Origin: Octopus sinensis
Lineage: Eukaryota
NCBI RefSeq assembly: GCF_006345805.1
Contig: NC_042997.1
Coordinates: 171,988,001-172,052,000 of the forward strand
Direction of reading: 5' to 3'
DNA: 64,000 nucleotides
Shown here: positions 50,328-64,000 of the stretch, piece after piece
Position numbering within the stretch: position 1 is the first letter of the stretch
How the letters are laid out: every line of letters begins with the position of its first letter
Program-made: the position numbers and the translations under genes
Notes under the pieces: generated by a model
The model's input: only the letters and a program-made list of their open reading frames with translations
What the model was told of the DNA's origin: nothing
Database searches by the model: none

Positions 50328-50533
50328 ACAGGTGGACAGAAAATATAGATCACCAATTCTCCATCAGTTGGATCAAATGCAATTTCAGCCATTATTGATA
50401 ATCTTGCTTCCAATCTAGGGGCACTTGTCAAGAATGGGACCTAAGCAGTTATGTCTAGGTCCATTTCTTGCTGGTGCCTCCAGAGTGGCTGATAACTGAT
50501 GAAGAATTGGTTACCTATATTTTGTCCGTCTGT
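50328..50533. repeat. Imperfect ~205-bp fold-back
   Basis: acaggtggacagaaaatatagatcaccaattctccatcagtt pairs with aactgatgaagaattggttacctatattttgtccgtctgt; inner stem caagaatgggaccta / taggtccatttcttg. Confidence 0.75.
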
Positions 50534-50629
50534 GTATTTTGTATGTGTTCACTTGTTTATTTATTATACGTATTTTTTTTATTTGTATAATATAAACCTG
50601 AATATATTACATTATTTATATTATTTACA

Positions 50630-51240
50630 TTATTTACATTCGACAGATATTTGTCCTCATCTTGTTTGTTGATAATACAATGTTTTGGCTGATATACCCT
50701 CCAGTCGCCTTCAGGTGTCTTAGGTTCTCATTCCTAAGGTATTTTTGTTATTGTTATTATTATTATTACTACTATTGAACTCGGAATCTTGGGGTTAGTA
50801 GTAGCCCGTGCTCTTAACCACTATGCCATATGCCCATGGACAATTGTAGAGAGAATTTTAGGGCTTATTAATCTAATATTTTCTTATCCTTCCTTAATAC
50901 CGATTCCCGTATGCTGCTCATATCTGCATTCGGTGTGCTTAGGTGGTTGTTGTGTCCTAGCAGATGTGCTGCTTCTTTTAGCTTTCGTATTTTCCAGTGG
51001 TGTTCTCTGTCTATTATTTTAACTTCATCCCACAGGGGGAGGTGGTCTCTATTTTTCCATACATGATCAACTATACCTGATTTATCAATATCTCTCCGTG
51101 TCAAAGCTTTGCGATGTTCCTCTACCCTTATTTTGAGGGATCAGCATGTTTCGCCTTTGTATAACCTACAACAACTGCATGGGATGGAGTACACACAGTC
51201 TTTGGTCATATTCTCTTCTGTTGGTAGTTTTACTCGAAGG
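50630..51240 (-). pseudogene. Penelope-like element 3' end: GIY-YIG endonuclease remnant plus pLTR with decayed hammerhead
   Basis: KDCVYSIPCSCCRLYKGETC*SLKIRVEEHRKALTRRDIDKSGIVDHVW...LWDEVKIIDREHHWKIRKLKEA. Confidence 0.8.
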
Positions 51241-51753
51241 AGATATTTGCGAAGTGTTGTATTACTAAATACATAACTTCTTTTGAAATGCAACTACATA
51301 TATAAACAAACGTTTTTGTTTTTGGACCTGTCAAATGTGTATCATGTCAAACAGACAAGAAAGTAATATTTTGAACATAATATAGCCATGAAAATTGCAG
51401 AAAGATGGGTATTTTACTATTATATGATGGAAAAAGCTGTCAACAGACATCCACAGGATATGAACCCACACCTCCCAGATACCAGCTGTTGGTGTGTTTA
51501 CATTATATTTTCTCATATATAGTTTTTCACGTATCTTCTTTTTGTTTTTATTTAGATTTCTTTGTCTCCATTTTTACCAAACTTTATATCATGGTGAAAA
51601 AATATAATACTGCTTAACATCTATGACTTACAAACAGCTTAGTAGCTTAGTAGTGGTGACTTGCTAAATAAAGGCAGATAAATTAGGCCTAATTATATAT
51701 GTGTGGGTGTGTACATATAAGTGTATAATCAGTAAATATATGTGTTCATATAC

Positions 51754-51803
<50 letters not shown>

Positions 51804-51839
51804 ATATATATAATATATATATATATGTATGTATGTATG

Positions 51840-51873
<34 letters not shown>

Positions 51874-52515
51874 TGCATGCATGTGGATGTGTGTATATAT
51901 GTGTATGTATGCATGTATGTATATATATGTATATATATATTTATATATTGATATATGCCTATGTTTATATGTACATAATTATGCTTTGCATGAAAATGTT
52001 AGCTCCTTTATATCGTTCACAATTGCAAGTAAAGCTAATTCTGTTAATTTGGTACAGCAACCATAATTGACATTAAATATCTTTTGATTTCATTTTTTAT
52101 TTTTATTATTGAACATAGGCTTAACCAATATTTATTAGTTAACAACCGACGGCAACCCACAAAATAGAGTTATATAAACTAGGCTATAAATAAAGATATA
52201 TAATTGGGCCCAAGGACAGCCAGGATACAGAATAAACATGGCACAAACTTAAATAGTTTGGAAATTCTTACAAATATTTTGTATTCAGTACAACTTATGA
52301 AAGTTAACCATTTTGACTGAACCAATGTCAGCACAGAAAATATATAGAATAATGTATGAATATATGAGTGTAGATGCATATATATATATATGGATATATA
52401 TCTATGGATATATATATAGAGAGAGATTCAGATGAATATGGTAGTTAATTTGAGACACCAAACCAGAATTTAGTATGCTATAATCCATACAATTTCAAAG
52501 TAAGGTGATTAAACT

Positions 52516-52642
52516 CAAAATGAGCAACAAGGCTATCCAGGGGTAATGCAGTAATTAATGTAATGATTGCATTGTTCAATTAAATGGAGTTGCATGAAAT
52601 GATCGTACTGCATTACCGCTGGATATCCTTATTGCTTATTTG
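52516..52642. repeat. Imperfect hairpin (~36-bp arms)
   Basis: aaatgagcaacaaggctatccaggggtaatgcagta / tactgcattaccgctggatatccttattgcttattt. Confidence 0.75.
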
Positions 52643-52657
52643 GATTTTATATATATA

Positions 52658-54303
52658 CTAGCAGTATCGCCCGGCGTTGCTCGGGTTTGTTTCGACCCAC
52701 TGGAATTGTAATTTTGAAAAGTAAAAATTTTGTGAACATTTTTCTGGTCGAAATACACCGAAAAGTGGCGACACAGCACTGAAAAAATCGTAAAAAATAG
52801 GGATTTTCATAGAAAAAAGCATCTTTTTGATGTAAATAATGTTTGGTGTTAACATGGTCCGATTTGAATTTTATGTTCTACGGAAGGAAGAGCAACCCTT
52901 CTTCTACCATACTCTCAATTTTGGTCAACTTGCGCCACAGGGTCTCGGAGGAGATAGTGTTAGTTGAAGGTTACCATTCTAGGTGCCTGAGTAACAACCT
53001 CGCGGATTTACAGATAAATGAATTAATTACTATTTTACAGAATAAAATTAAATAATTCTTGAAAATTAATTAATATTAATATTTTTTGAACAAAGTAAAT
53101 AATTTTTAAAACTTAAATAATAATTTTTTTTACACAAACGCGAACGGGGAAAAGGGGGTGGCGAATTCGATTTACATACCTAAATTTTTTTCTTTTTCAT
53201 GACATTGTAGCAAAATAGTAGTGAATTATATAAATACCAGCAGTACATTTTTTTTTCTGGGGTATTTTTTTTCAACCTCGTCACATATTTGCCCCTTTCA
53301 ATTTAAACCAAGTCTTAATTAAACAATTACGGCAGCTTAGCAATGGTTTCAATACAGGCGTGACATGTGTATCTCAATTGTTCAAAACCCTTCGAATTTT
53401 TTCGCACGTGATGATATCATAGTGAAAACTTTTAATTACGCGCGCTTAGAAGTACGCTCGCAAATTAATACTACCAAAATTTTGAAGTTCGCGCTCCGCT
53501 TGTGTGTGTGTATCTGCGTGCTTTAGGTGTACGTAGGTATGTGTTTTTGTGTGTGTGTTTCACTGAAGCCATACATACATATATACATACATAACCTCTC
53601 TCTCTCTTTTCTCTCTCAGTCACTCACTACAAAAAGTGAATAAAAAAAGTTCAGTTATTTCTGTCTTTCACTCTGTCTGTCTCTCTACACACACTAACAA
53701 AAGCACTTCACTTACACACCACACTTTCTGTGTCGCACAACCCATCAAACACACACACACACACACATGTACATCAATGCTTTCGGAGTGAAATGTTAAA
53801 ATATTGAGTTTTCTCGAATTTTGTCTTAATTGGGGGTGAAATTGAAAGAAATATATTATGGCATGACCGAATGGAGTACTTTGAAAAATCTTAGGTAAAC
53901 TCTAATTGAAGAAATTGTGTGAGGAGTAAATCGTTATGTATTTATTTGTTTCTGTTTGCTGTGTTTTTTTATTTTTTGAGTAGTGGTTTAAATACTTTCA
54001 GTTTAGTCTTCCTCAAATCACCCTGTCGCTATTTACTTTCATTTTATTCGTTGCACACTGTGTGTGTGCGTGTGTGTGTGGTGTAAACCACATTAAGAAA
54101 AGCATTTGACATACACACCAGAATGTGAGTTTTCTGTAAATTTTGCTTAATTGGAGTTTAAATTTTAAAAACTGGACCTGGCATGACCCGATGCATTCTA
54201 CTCTTAAAAATGCTAGGTAAATTGTAATTGAAGAAATCCTATATTGTAGATTTCTATAAGTTTCAAAGGGAGGCAGATAAAATCTGCCTTTTATAATAAG
54301 AGA
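52658..54303 (-). mobile_element. 1.65-kb non-autonomous Helitron
   Basis: CTAG at 52658-52661 with the hairpin cgcccggcgttgctcggg; 5' TCTCTTATTATAAAAGGCAG at 54303. The 3' end is the same family as 36227-36611. Confidence 0.75.
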
Positions 54304-54304
54304 T

Positions 54305-54347
<43 letters not shown>

Positions 54348-54415
54348 GAGGGAGAGAGAGAGATTACACATACACTATACACACACACATGTATATATAC
54401 CTTTTCTGACCACAA

Positions 54416-54560
54416 TAGTCTGACAAACAGTAACATGAAACTCTGAGTAACAGTTTGTGAAGATTTCTTCAGCTTTAATAAAAAGCATATTACTCTACCT
54501 TCAGTATTCGAGTACTGTTTTTTTTCCCACCGTGTTCTGCATTTATGTGCTTACTTGTGG
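54416..54560 (+). mobile_element. Penelope-like pLTR copy with decayed hammerhead (same family as 48105)
   Basis: gtCTGACAAacagtaacatGAAACTCTGAGTAacag, followed by sequence homologous to 48700-48790. Confidence 0.6.
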
Positions 54561-54653
54561 ATGTGTGTGTGTGTGTGTGTGTGTGCGTGTACACATTCTA
54601 CTATAAGTAATTTGAGGCAGTGTCCCAGTATGGCCACAATCTAATGACTGAAA

Positions 54654-54700
<47 letters not shown>

Positions 54701-56755
54701 TAAGAAATTTTCCTCAATGAGCTTTGACCAGCATAGGCAAATGGCCATACACACACATTAGGTTTAGAAAGGATCTTATAGTCTCAAAGTCTCAATAAAA
54801 ATTTTAAAAACTTGAAATTAGTTGATTTCCTGGATATGCCATTAAACCTAGACTAAGGTACCTATAAACCTTTTCAAAAACCAAATAGAGGCTGACATAT
54901 TAATACAGCTTCCTGTCATCTATCTTTAGTTTTCAGGAACTCGGTTAATGGGGTTATAGAAGATTCTCCAACCTATCTTTGAATTTGATCTTTGACACCA
55001 TAGTACCATGCTACAATAAAGTCCTGGCTGCCATGGGCTTCAAGGATAGGATTATTTACATGCACAACTCTAACTCACCAAGTGAAAATGCCATTGTAAG
55101 CTTATATGTGTTACACCCTCATTTTCCCTTTATGTAAAACTTGTATGTGTAATGTTACAGTTTTTACAAGGCATGTATGGACATTGAGAGAAAGTGCTGT
55201 GTATAATAATATCAAGTTGGGGGATAGTAGAAAAGTGCAAGCCTTACTTGTTGGAGCTGCAGTCTTTGCTTACTGAGAAAAGAATCATATTGAAGAATCC
55301 TTTCACCCAGGTGCCTACCTATACTTTAAGAGTGAGGTTTTTTGCTCCAGCCTTCATGAGTGCAAATATACCTTAGCAAACTAAACAACTGCAATGTAAA
55401 TATAAACGTTAGATCTCAGTAGGTTTCAGAGGAGTAGGGAAGTCAACTCCAGTACTTGACTGACACTTTATTTTATTGACCCCCAAAAGAACGAAAACCA
55501 AAGTCAACCTTAGAGGAATTTGAACTCAGAACATGAAGAGGTAAATTGTATCCAACATGTAAAAAATTTCACTAACTTGCAACATTGTGCTATTTTATAT
55601 ATTAAAATAATGCTATATAAAAGTTCCCTGTACAATGATTTTGTAGTTTATGGATAAAAGTGTAGACACACACTCACATGGTTAATTTATGTTTACTTAT
55701 ACAGACATACAGAGACAGCAGACACATGAGACAATGTTGTCCAATGTTATAATTAAAGGTATTCTAACCATGACATCCTGCATTTTTCTTTACATGAGTA
55801 ATGTATACTGGCCAATGTATCCTTCTCAACACTTTCTCACCACCCCACACTGCTCTCTTTAAACCTTTATATTTGTAATGTTGTTAAAAATATGCATTTG
55901 CTATTTTGCTCTAGAGAAGGAACATCTAACCTTCTTTTAACAATTTCATCAGGACTCTGTTGCAGGATACATACCGATGACATTATGCACATATAAAATA
56001 TGAACATGGTTATTATGTAAATGATGGTTATCTTGAAACAGCTGTCGGGATATAACTTCACATAACTCTTCAGTTCTTTTATTCTCTTTTATTCTGTAGT
56101 CTGTATTTTTTTGCTCCAAGTAAATATACCTCTCAAGCCTACCTGTGTTTATCTACCTTACTACCTTTATATATATTAAAATTATAATGAAAATTATATA
56201 TGAAAAGATAAATAGACATTAATTTTTGTTAGTTTATTTGTCTATTTATCTTTTCCTCTTGTGCTGTATGAATACATGATGCAGTTTTAGAGTCAAGTTT
56301 TGACTGCTATTTCGAGCATGGTAGTACCTCTTAGATACCCTTAATTATAATTTTTATAATAATTATTACCTATAAGGTTTTCTTTCCCATGCTGGTCACT
56401 TGATATTATTGTTATTTTAAATAAGTCTTATGCTTATTTATATAAAAATTTATACCTTTATGTATATCATCTTTTATATAAATGTGGGTGTGTGTAATGA
56501 TGCTGATGATGAGACCTACCCATAGGCTTAAACTCTGAAATGACCAAAATTAGCTATTATACTCTATGTTCACATTGAATTATTTTTCTCAGGAATGTTA
56601 CCCAACAAATGTGAATGTGTGTGTGCGTGTGTGTGTATTTATATATACATATATGTGCATACATAAACAAATATACACACAAACATAATTCTTATGTATA
56701 CATATGCACACACACACATATATATATAATACACACATATAATACACAAACAAAC

Positions 56756-56811
<56 letters not shown>

Positions 56812-57707
56812 AATACACTTCCTCTTTTGTTATATGTATGTGTGTATATATATATATAGTTTATATATATATATACAGAGAGAGAGAGAGAGAGAAAGAT
56901 TTATATATATATATATATACATATATGTACATACATACATATACCTGCATTTATATACATAGAAATTTATATGAAAGCTATGAATTAAAATAGCTTTTCC
57001 AATATTAATTCACATGAAAATGTTGAAAATTTCAAGGTATCAAGGATTTATTTATTTGTTTGTTTGCTTACTTATTTTATTCATTTTTAAATGCGATAAA
57101 AATAAACATCCTTGTGCATGGCACTTAGTGGGACTTTGATGTCAAGTCATAGAATATGGTAATAGAATTTTACTTCAATTCATATCTTGAATAAAGATTT
57201 CCTAAATGCATAGATATAAATATGGTATACAAGGCATACCCATCTTAGCCAAGTGTTGCTTCCCGAAAAATCACCTTCAAGTTCAATTTACTGTTATTTT
57301 ACAAATAAAATTTAGGAAAAAGGAAAAAGCGTGAAAGAAGTACCCTCAGTGGTATCTTCTGAAAAGCATATTTTAAGGAGAATTGTTAAGATTTCATTTT
57401 AATTGTTGTTTTGTCATGTTTTATAAAATGGGAAAATAATAAAATAATACATGTTCTTTCTCATAATTTAACATATATGGTGTCTCTAAGCTCTGCTCCT
57501 ACTATGTAGAAGATAAGCAAAATCTAGTATTTTAAAATGTAAAATAAAACAGATTAAAGCTTTTCTTTTTTTTTTTTGTTTCCATTTTCATATTCATTTT
57601 ATTTCCAATGAATGGTGAACATCAACTGAAATTCTTTCATGTAAATTCTAAATAAATTCTCTTGAATTCTTGACTTGGAACTGGATTGAATATCAATAAC
57701 TTTATAG

Positions 57708-57746
<39 letters not shown>

Positions 57747-58339
57747 CATCACCACCACCACCACCACCACCACATTTATTTTACCATTCTCACATGGGTT
57801 GGACTGAATTTACTGAGGCAGATTTTCTACTGTTAGTTGCTCTTCCTGTCACCAACAGTGCTATGTTTTTTCATCCACCACCATCACTTAGTCAAACATA
57901 TTTTCGTCCACATCTTTTGGTCCGTCATCTTTTTGTCCAATGATTTTTAAAGTCTACTTTTAAATAAGCTCTTTAGAAAACAAGGTGTAATATCTCTAAT
58001 GATATATTCACAGAACTATAATGAGCCTCATTATAGGATTCATCATCATCATCATCATCATCATTTAGCGTCCGTTTTCCATGCTAGCATGGGTTGGACG
58101 GTTCAACTGGGGTCTGGGGAGCCCGAGGCTGCACCAGGCCAGTCAGATCTGGCAGTGTTTCTACAGCTGGATGCCCTTCCTAACGCCAACCACTCCGAGA
58201 GTGTAGTGGGTGATTTATGTGCCACGACACAGGTGCCAGACGAGGCTGGCGAACGGCCACGCTCGGATGGTGTTTTTTGTGCCACCGACACAGGTGCCAG
58301 ACGAGGCTGGCAGACGGCCACGCTCGGATGGTGTTTTTT

Positions 58340-60105
58340 GTGCCACCGACACAGGTGCCAGATGAGGCTGGCGGACGGCCACGATCGGATGGTGTTTGTT
58401 ACGTCCCCAAGCACGGAGGCCAGTCTATGCGGTACTGGCTACGGCCACGTTCGGATGATTTTGTTGTGTGCCACCGGCACTGGTACCACAAAGATACAAA
58501 TTCCATTGATGTTCATCTATTTTGATTTGTTTTGATTTGATTTTCACTTGCCTCAACAGGTCTTCACAAGTGTCACAAGAAGAAGGTATGCACAGGTGGA
58601 CTGACTACGTCCCAGGTAGGGGCCACGGGTTATGGCCTGACTAGTCTTGCCGGTCTTCGGATGGGTTTTTATGTGCCACCGACACAGGTGCCAGATGAGG
58701 CTGGCGAACGGCACGATCGGATGGTGTTTGTTACGTGCCCACAGCACGGAGGCCAGTCGATGCGGTACTGCCTACGGCCACGTTCGGATGGTTTTCTTTG
58801 TGCCACCGGCACTGGTACCACAAAGATACAAATTCCATTGATGTTCATCCATTTTGATTTGATTTGATTTGATTTTCACTTGCCTCAACAGGTCTTCACA
58901 GGTCTTCACAAGTGTCACAGGAAGGAAGGAAGGTATGCACAGGGGACTGACTACGTCCCAAGTAGGGGCCACGGGTTATGGCCTGACTAGTCTTGCAGGG
59001 TCTACGGTTGGTGTTTTTATGTGCCACCGACACAGGTGCCAGATGAGGCTGGCGAACGGCCACGATCGGATGGTGTTTGTTATGTGCCCACGTCACAGAG
59101 GCCAGTCGATGCGGTACTGGCTACGGCCACGTTCAGATGGTTTTCTTGTGTGCCAACGGTACTGGTACCACAAAGATACAAATTCCATTGATGTTCATCT
59201 ATTTTGATTTGGTTTGATTTGATTTGATTTGATTTTCACTTGCCTCAAAAGGTCTACACAAGTGTCACACACTTGCCTCAACAGGTCTTCACAAGTGTCA
59301 TAAGTAGGTGTCACACACTTGCCTCAACAGGTCTTCACAAGTGTCATAAGTAGGAAGGTATGCATAGGTGGACTGACTACGTCGCCGGGTCTTCGGATGG
59401 TGTTTTTATGTGCCACCGACACAGGTGCCAGATGAGGCTGGCGAACGGCCACGATCAGATGGTGTTTGTTGTGCCACAGCACGGAGGCCAGTCGATGCGG
59501 TACTGGCTACGGCCACGTTCGGATGTTTTCTTGTGTGCCACAGTACTGGAACCACAAAGATACAATTCCATTGATGTTCATCTATTTTGATTTGGATTGA
59601 TTTGATTTTCACTTGCCTCAACAGGTCTTCACAAGTGTCACACACTTGCCTCAACAGGTCTCCACAAGTGTCACACACTTGCCTCTGCCTCAACAGGTCT
59701 TCACAAGTGTCACACACTTGCCTCAACAGGTCTTCACAAGTGTCATAAGAGGGAAGGTATGCACAGGTGGACTGACTACGTCGCGGGTCTTCGGATGTGT
59801 CTTTATGTGCCACCGACACAGGTGCCAGATGAGGCTGGCGAACGGCCACGATCGGATGGTGTTTGTTGTGCCCACAGCACGGAGGCCAGTCGATGCGGTA
59901 CTGGCTACGGCCACGTTTGGGTGGTTTTCTTGTGTGCCACCGGCACTGGTACCACAAAGAATACAATTCCACTGATGTTCATCTATTTTGATTTGTTTGA
60001 TTGATTTTCACTTGCCTCACCAGGTCTTCATAAGTGTCACAAGAAGGAAGGTATGCACAGGAGGACTGACTATGTCCCAGGTAGGGGCCACGGGTTATGG
60101 CCTGA
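58340..60105 (-). repeat. About five tandem ~330-400-bp units within the LINE 3'UTR
   Basis: ttgcctcaacaggtcttcacaagtgtcac begins units at ~58548, 58879, 59237, 59632 and 60012, with short sub-duplications. Confidence 0.9.
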
Positions 60106-62660
60106 CTAGTCTTGCCGGGTCTTCTCACGCGCAGCATACTTCCATAGGTCTCGGTCTCTAGACATTTCCTTAGTGAGACCTAAAGTTCGAAGGTCGTGCT
60201 TCACCACCTCATCCCAGGTTTTCCTGGGTCTACCTCTTCCACAGGTTCCCTCAACTGCTAGGGTGTAGCACTTTTGCACACAACTATCTTCAGCCATTCT
60301 CATCACATGACCATACCAGCGCAAACGTCTCTCTTGCACACCACAACTGACGCTTCTTAGGTTCAACTTTTCTCTCAAGGAACTTACACTCTGACGATTA
60401 TGAACACTGACATTACACATCCATCGGAGCATACTGGCTTCATTTCTTGCGAGCTTACGCATATCCTCAGCAGTCACGGCCCATGTTTCACTACCATGTA
60501 GCATGGCTGTACGTACACATGCATCATACAGTCTGCCTTTTACTCTGAGCGAGAGGCCTTTTGTCACCAGCAGGGGTAAGAGCTCTCTAAACTTTGCCCA
60601 GGCTACTCTTACTCTAGCAGTTACACTTTCAGCACACCCGCCCCCGCTACTGACTTGGTCTCCTAGGTAGCGGAAGCTATCAACTACTTCTAGTTTGTCT
60701 CCCTGGAACGTGGCAGAAGTTGGTCTCTGCACATTTCCAGTGTTTATTGCTCCTGAGCATTTGCCACAGACAAAAACTATTTTCCTAGTTAGCCTTCCTT
60801 TGACATTGCTGCACCTCTTATGTGTCCATAGCTTACACTTGGTGCATCTTATAGAGTTCTACCTACACCTCTTTTACAGATCGAGCAGGGCCATCTACCT
60901 GAAGGCGTAGTGATTGATCTACCTTCCTACTTATCAGGACTTTGGTTTTGGCTAGGTTGATTCTAAGGCCCTTCGATTCTAATCCTTGTTTCCACACCTG
61001 AAACTTCTCCTCCAGTTCTGATAGTGACTCAGCAATTAGAGCAAGGTCATCAGCATAGAGGAGCTCCCAGGGGCAACCTGTCTTGAATTCCTCCGTTATT
61101 GCCTGGAGGACTATGATAAATAGGAGGGGACTGAGGACTGAACCTTGGTGGACCCCAACCTCTACCCGGAATTCTTCACTGTACTCGTTGCCAACCCTCA
61201 CCTTACTAGCAGCGTCTCTGTACATGGCTTGCACAGCTCTCACCAACCATTCTTCTATCCCTAGTTTCCTCATTGACCACCAGATAAGGGATCGGGGGAC
61301 CCTGTCAAAGGCTTTCTCCAAGTCAACAAAAGCCAGGTACAAGGCTTATCTTTGGCTAGGTATTTCTCCTGCAGCTGTCTTACCAGGAATATAGCATCAG
61401 TAGTACTTTTCCCTGGCACGAACCCAAACTGCATATCATCTAAGCTAACTCTCTCTCTAATTATTTGGGCTATAACCCTCTCCGTAACCTTCATTACCTG
61501 ATCCAGCAGCTTGATGCCCCTGTAGTTATTTGTCTCTAGGGCGTCGCCTTTACTTTGTAGCAGTTGACTATTATGCTGCTACACCAGTCATTGGTATGAC
61601 CCCCTCGTGTATCACCTGGTTAACTATACGGGTGACTAAGCTATAGCCGACACCACCAGATATTTTGAGCATCTCTGCAGTAATTCCTGATGGGCCTGGG
61701 GCTTTCCTGTTTTCATGCTTCTAATTGCCTTATCTACTAAGGAACTGTTAACTCGGATTGCTGGTCCCTCTGTTGGGTCGACATTCGGCAGACTCTCTTT
61801 ATCCCATTCATTTTCTTCATTCAGCAACCTATCATAGTGGCGTCTCCAAGCCTCTCTCTTTGCATCCTCATTAAGCGCAAGTGAACCGTCATCCTTGCGA
61901 ACACATTTCTCTCCTACCACGTCACGATTCTCTCTCACACACTGTCTTGCAACACGAAATACCTCAAGTCTTTCATCCTCACGACGCAGGACATTGGCAA
62001 ATTTTTCCTTATCTGCCTCCCCTCTGGCTAGATAGACCTGTCTCCTGGCTTCCCTTCTGGCAGACTGATACACTTCCCTGCTACCACCGTTCTTCCAGGC
62101 CTTCCAAGCCTGTTTCTTTTGTCTAATAGCCCTGTCAACAATATTGTTCCACCACCACGTTATTTTTGGTCTTAAGGGGACTTTGCACCAGCCACAGATC
62201 TGGTCAGCGGCTTTTAGCAGGTTGTCCTCAGAAGCGTCCAGTTGTCTTCTACCCCATGCGTAGCTATACTCCCTTCCATTTCGTCTAAGGCTTCAAATAA
62301 CATATCTCTAAATCTCTGTCCATTCACAGGGTCTTTAAGCTTCCAGACCCTTCTTCTCCATGTTGGTCGTCTTCTAGTCGCCCTCTTAGTCCTGATCCTA
62401 AAGTCACTAACTACCAGTCTATGTTGTGGGGTGCATTCTTCACCTGGGAAGGTTTTGGCATTTATAAGCAGCCATCTTTCCCTTTTTCTGGCAAGGATGT
62501 AGTCGATTTGGCTAGTATGCCGGCCCGATCGGTAGGTGACCAGGTGGCTTGTCGGTTTCCTGAAGTTAGTGTTGCAAATCATAAGACTATTCGCATCGCA
62601 GAACTCCAGCAGCCTGGTTCCCTCCTCGTTGCGGGAACCATAACCATAGCCTCCATGCAC
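60106..62660 (-). pseudogene. RTE ORF (AP endonuclease plus reverse transcriptase), frameshifted into at least 5 pieces
   Basis: GYGSRNEEGTRLLEFC...TSQIDYIL...QHRLVVSD (APE); QFGFVPGKSTTDAIF, FVDLEKAFDRVP, GVHQGSVLSPLLF, LLYADDLAL, FRYLG and RRLRWYGHV (RT). Confidence 0.92.
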
Positions 62661-62819
62661 GCCATGGAAGCCCCCAGCACATCGTCCAACATGCCCATTA
62701 TTCTTTTTCCTTCTCTGTTAACAGTTTTACTTTCTCTTTTACCTTCTCTTTCTTAAGTATGGTGCTGTGTATAGAGAGTGCTGCAAATTTAGTGTACATA
62801 TCTTTAATTTACCCATTCC

Positions 62820-63950
62820 GAAATGACAAAGGTTATAATATTGACCAAAAACAAAAGAAAAGCAATACAAAACTAGGAAAAGAATACTAGAGATGTGAGA
62901 AAAGAAGGCTGTGTTCAGTATGAATTCACATAGTAATGGAAAACAATGAGCCGAAAATTATTTATTTTTCTAGTGAGCACCTTCATCCAGCTGATGTAGA
63001 TTCATTAAATGCTAGAAATGCAGTTTCAGAAATAAAGCATGAAGCAGTGGAAAATATAGAAGCAAGTTTGCATAGCATAATAGCAGCTAATTTTACTCAG
63101 CTAACAGAAAATACTTGCTCTCAGCTTCCTCATTTGCCTGTACTTTCAAGGACTATTCAAAGGTGCTGACAAAAATATGGTGGATTTCCTGCTAATCCAG
63201 GGACTAGAACTGGTTTTGAAATACCTGAAGAATATTTTAAACTTGATGATGGCAAACAGTTTCTGAGATACGATTCAGGTACCAAGGATCAACAATGCAT
63301 ACTAGAATTTGCATCAGAAAGTGCTCTTCAGGATATAGCATCATATCCTCATTGGGCATGTGATGGAACATTCAAAATTGTCCCAGAACAGTGGTTTCAG
63401 CTGTTTAGCATTCATGTACAAGTTAAAATTAGCAGTTTTCCACGGGTCCTTGTATTACTACTGGATAAAACAAAGCAGACATATGAAATATTTCTTAAGC
63501 AACTGAAAATTATGCAATCTAATGCATATCCATTTGATCTCATGACAGATTTGAAGTTGCAATTCACAAGGCATTTCATTTATTATTCTATAATTCATCT
63601 ATTGTGGCATGTTTGTTTCATTTGAGCCAATTGGTATTTCAAAACATTAAAAATTTAGGCCTCAAAGAAAAATACAATAAAGACTCTAAATATTGTCTTA
63701 AATTTTGATGTTCTTCAGTATTAGTCTTCCTACCCATTGAAGATGTCGAAGAGGCCTATAAAGAATTAATAGATGATGAAGAAATACCTGCTGAATTCCT
63801 CATTTACTTCAACTTGACTTACATAGGTGTTGTGAGAGGATGTGGTGCTAGACAAAGAAGGGAACCTAGATTTCCAGTAGCTGTATGGAATGTTAATCAG
63901 CATTATTCTTCAAGATCTTCCCAGAGCAAATAATGCTGCAGAGGGGTTTC
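62820..63950 (+). pseudogene. FLYWCH plus MULE (Mutator-like) transposase remnant
   Basis: EY*RCEKRRLCSV*IH...EHLHPAD (FLYWCH-like); HWACDGTFKIVPEQWFQLFSIH, LMTD(F)EVAI, ACLFHLSQ, PRFPVAVWNV and NNAAEGFH. Stops and frameshifts present. Confidence 0.85.
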
Positions 63951-64000
63951 ATTCTTTTCTACTTTAGGCACAAGGCCCAAAATTCTAGGAGAGTTGGGGC

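Larger units (their letters stand above)
58041..62700 (-). mobile_element. Young 5'-truncated RTE-clade LINE with tandemly expanded 3'UTR
   Basis: APE and RT coding region 60106-62700, 3'UTR 58041-60105, (GAT)n tail. The 5' break lies inside the GDFNGHVG motif. Confidence 0.92.

Noticed and set aside
60106-62700. Active full-length RTE
   Set aside because: It is 5'-truncated within the endonuclease domain and has multiple frameshifts. No clear TSD was identified.

Overview
This is AT-rich, repeat-saturated animal DNA. The SINE and LINE families and the microsatellite load look like an octopus (coleoid cephalopod) genome; this is pattern recognition, not a database match. I found no convincing host gene, so the window is probably intergenic or deep intronic, and most listed ORFs are microsatellite translations. 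Recognisable coding remnants are all transposon-derived: a young 5'-truncated RTE LINE (58041-62700, -) with a tandemly expanded ~2 kb 3'UTR, an RTE-BovB-like fragment, R4/Dong-type restriction-like-endonuclease retroposons in (TAA)n, two Penelope GIY-YIG remnants, a CMC/Chapaev-type transposase and a FLYWCH-MULE transposase. Non-autonomous Helitrons, MITEs, tRNA-derived SINEs and RTE 3' tails are also present. The most interesting layer is non-coding. About ten minimal type I hammerhead ribozyme motifs from several unrelated Penelope-like repeat families occur here, mostly inside inverted-repeat structures. They include one canonical copy (48105-48142) and core variants (U3-A8, G3-C8, A6U, probable U4C). 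One 291-bp ribozyme-bearing insertion has a target-site duplication, and its empty site survives in an inverted segmental duplication within the window.
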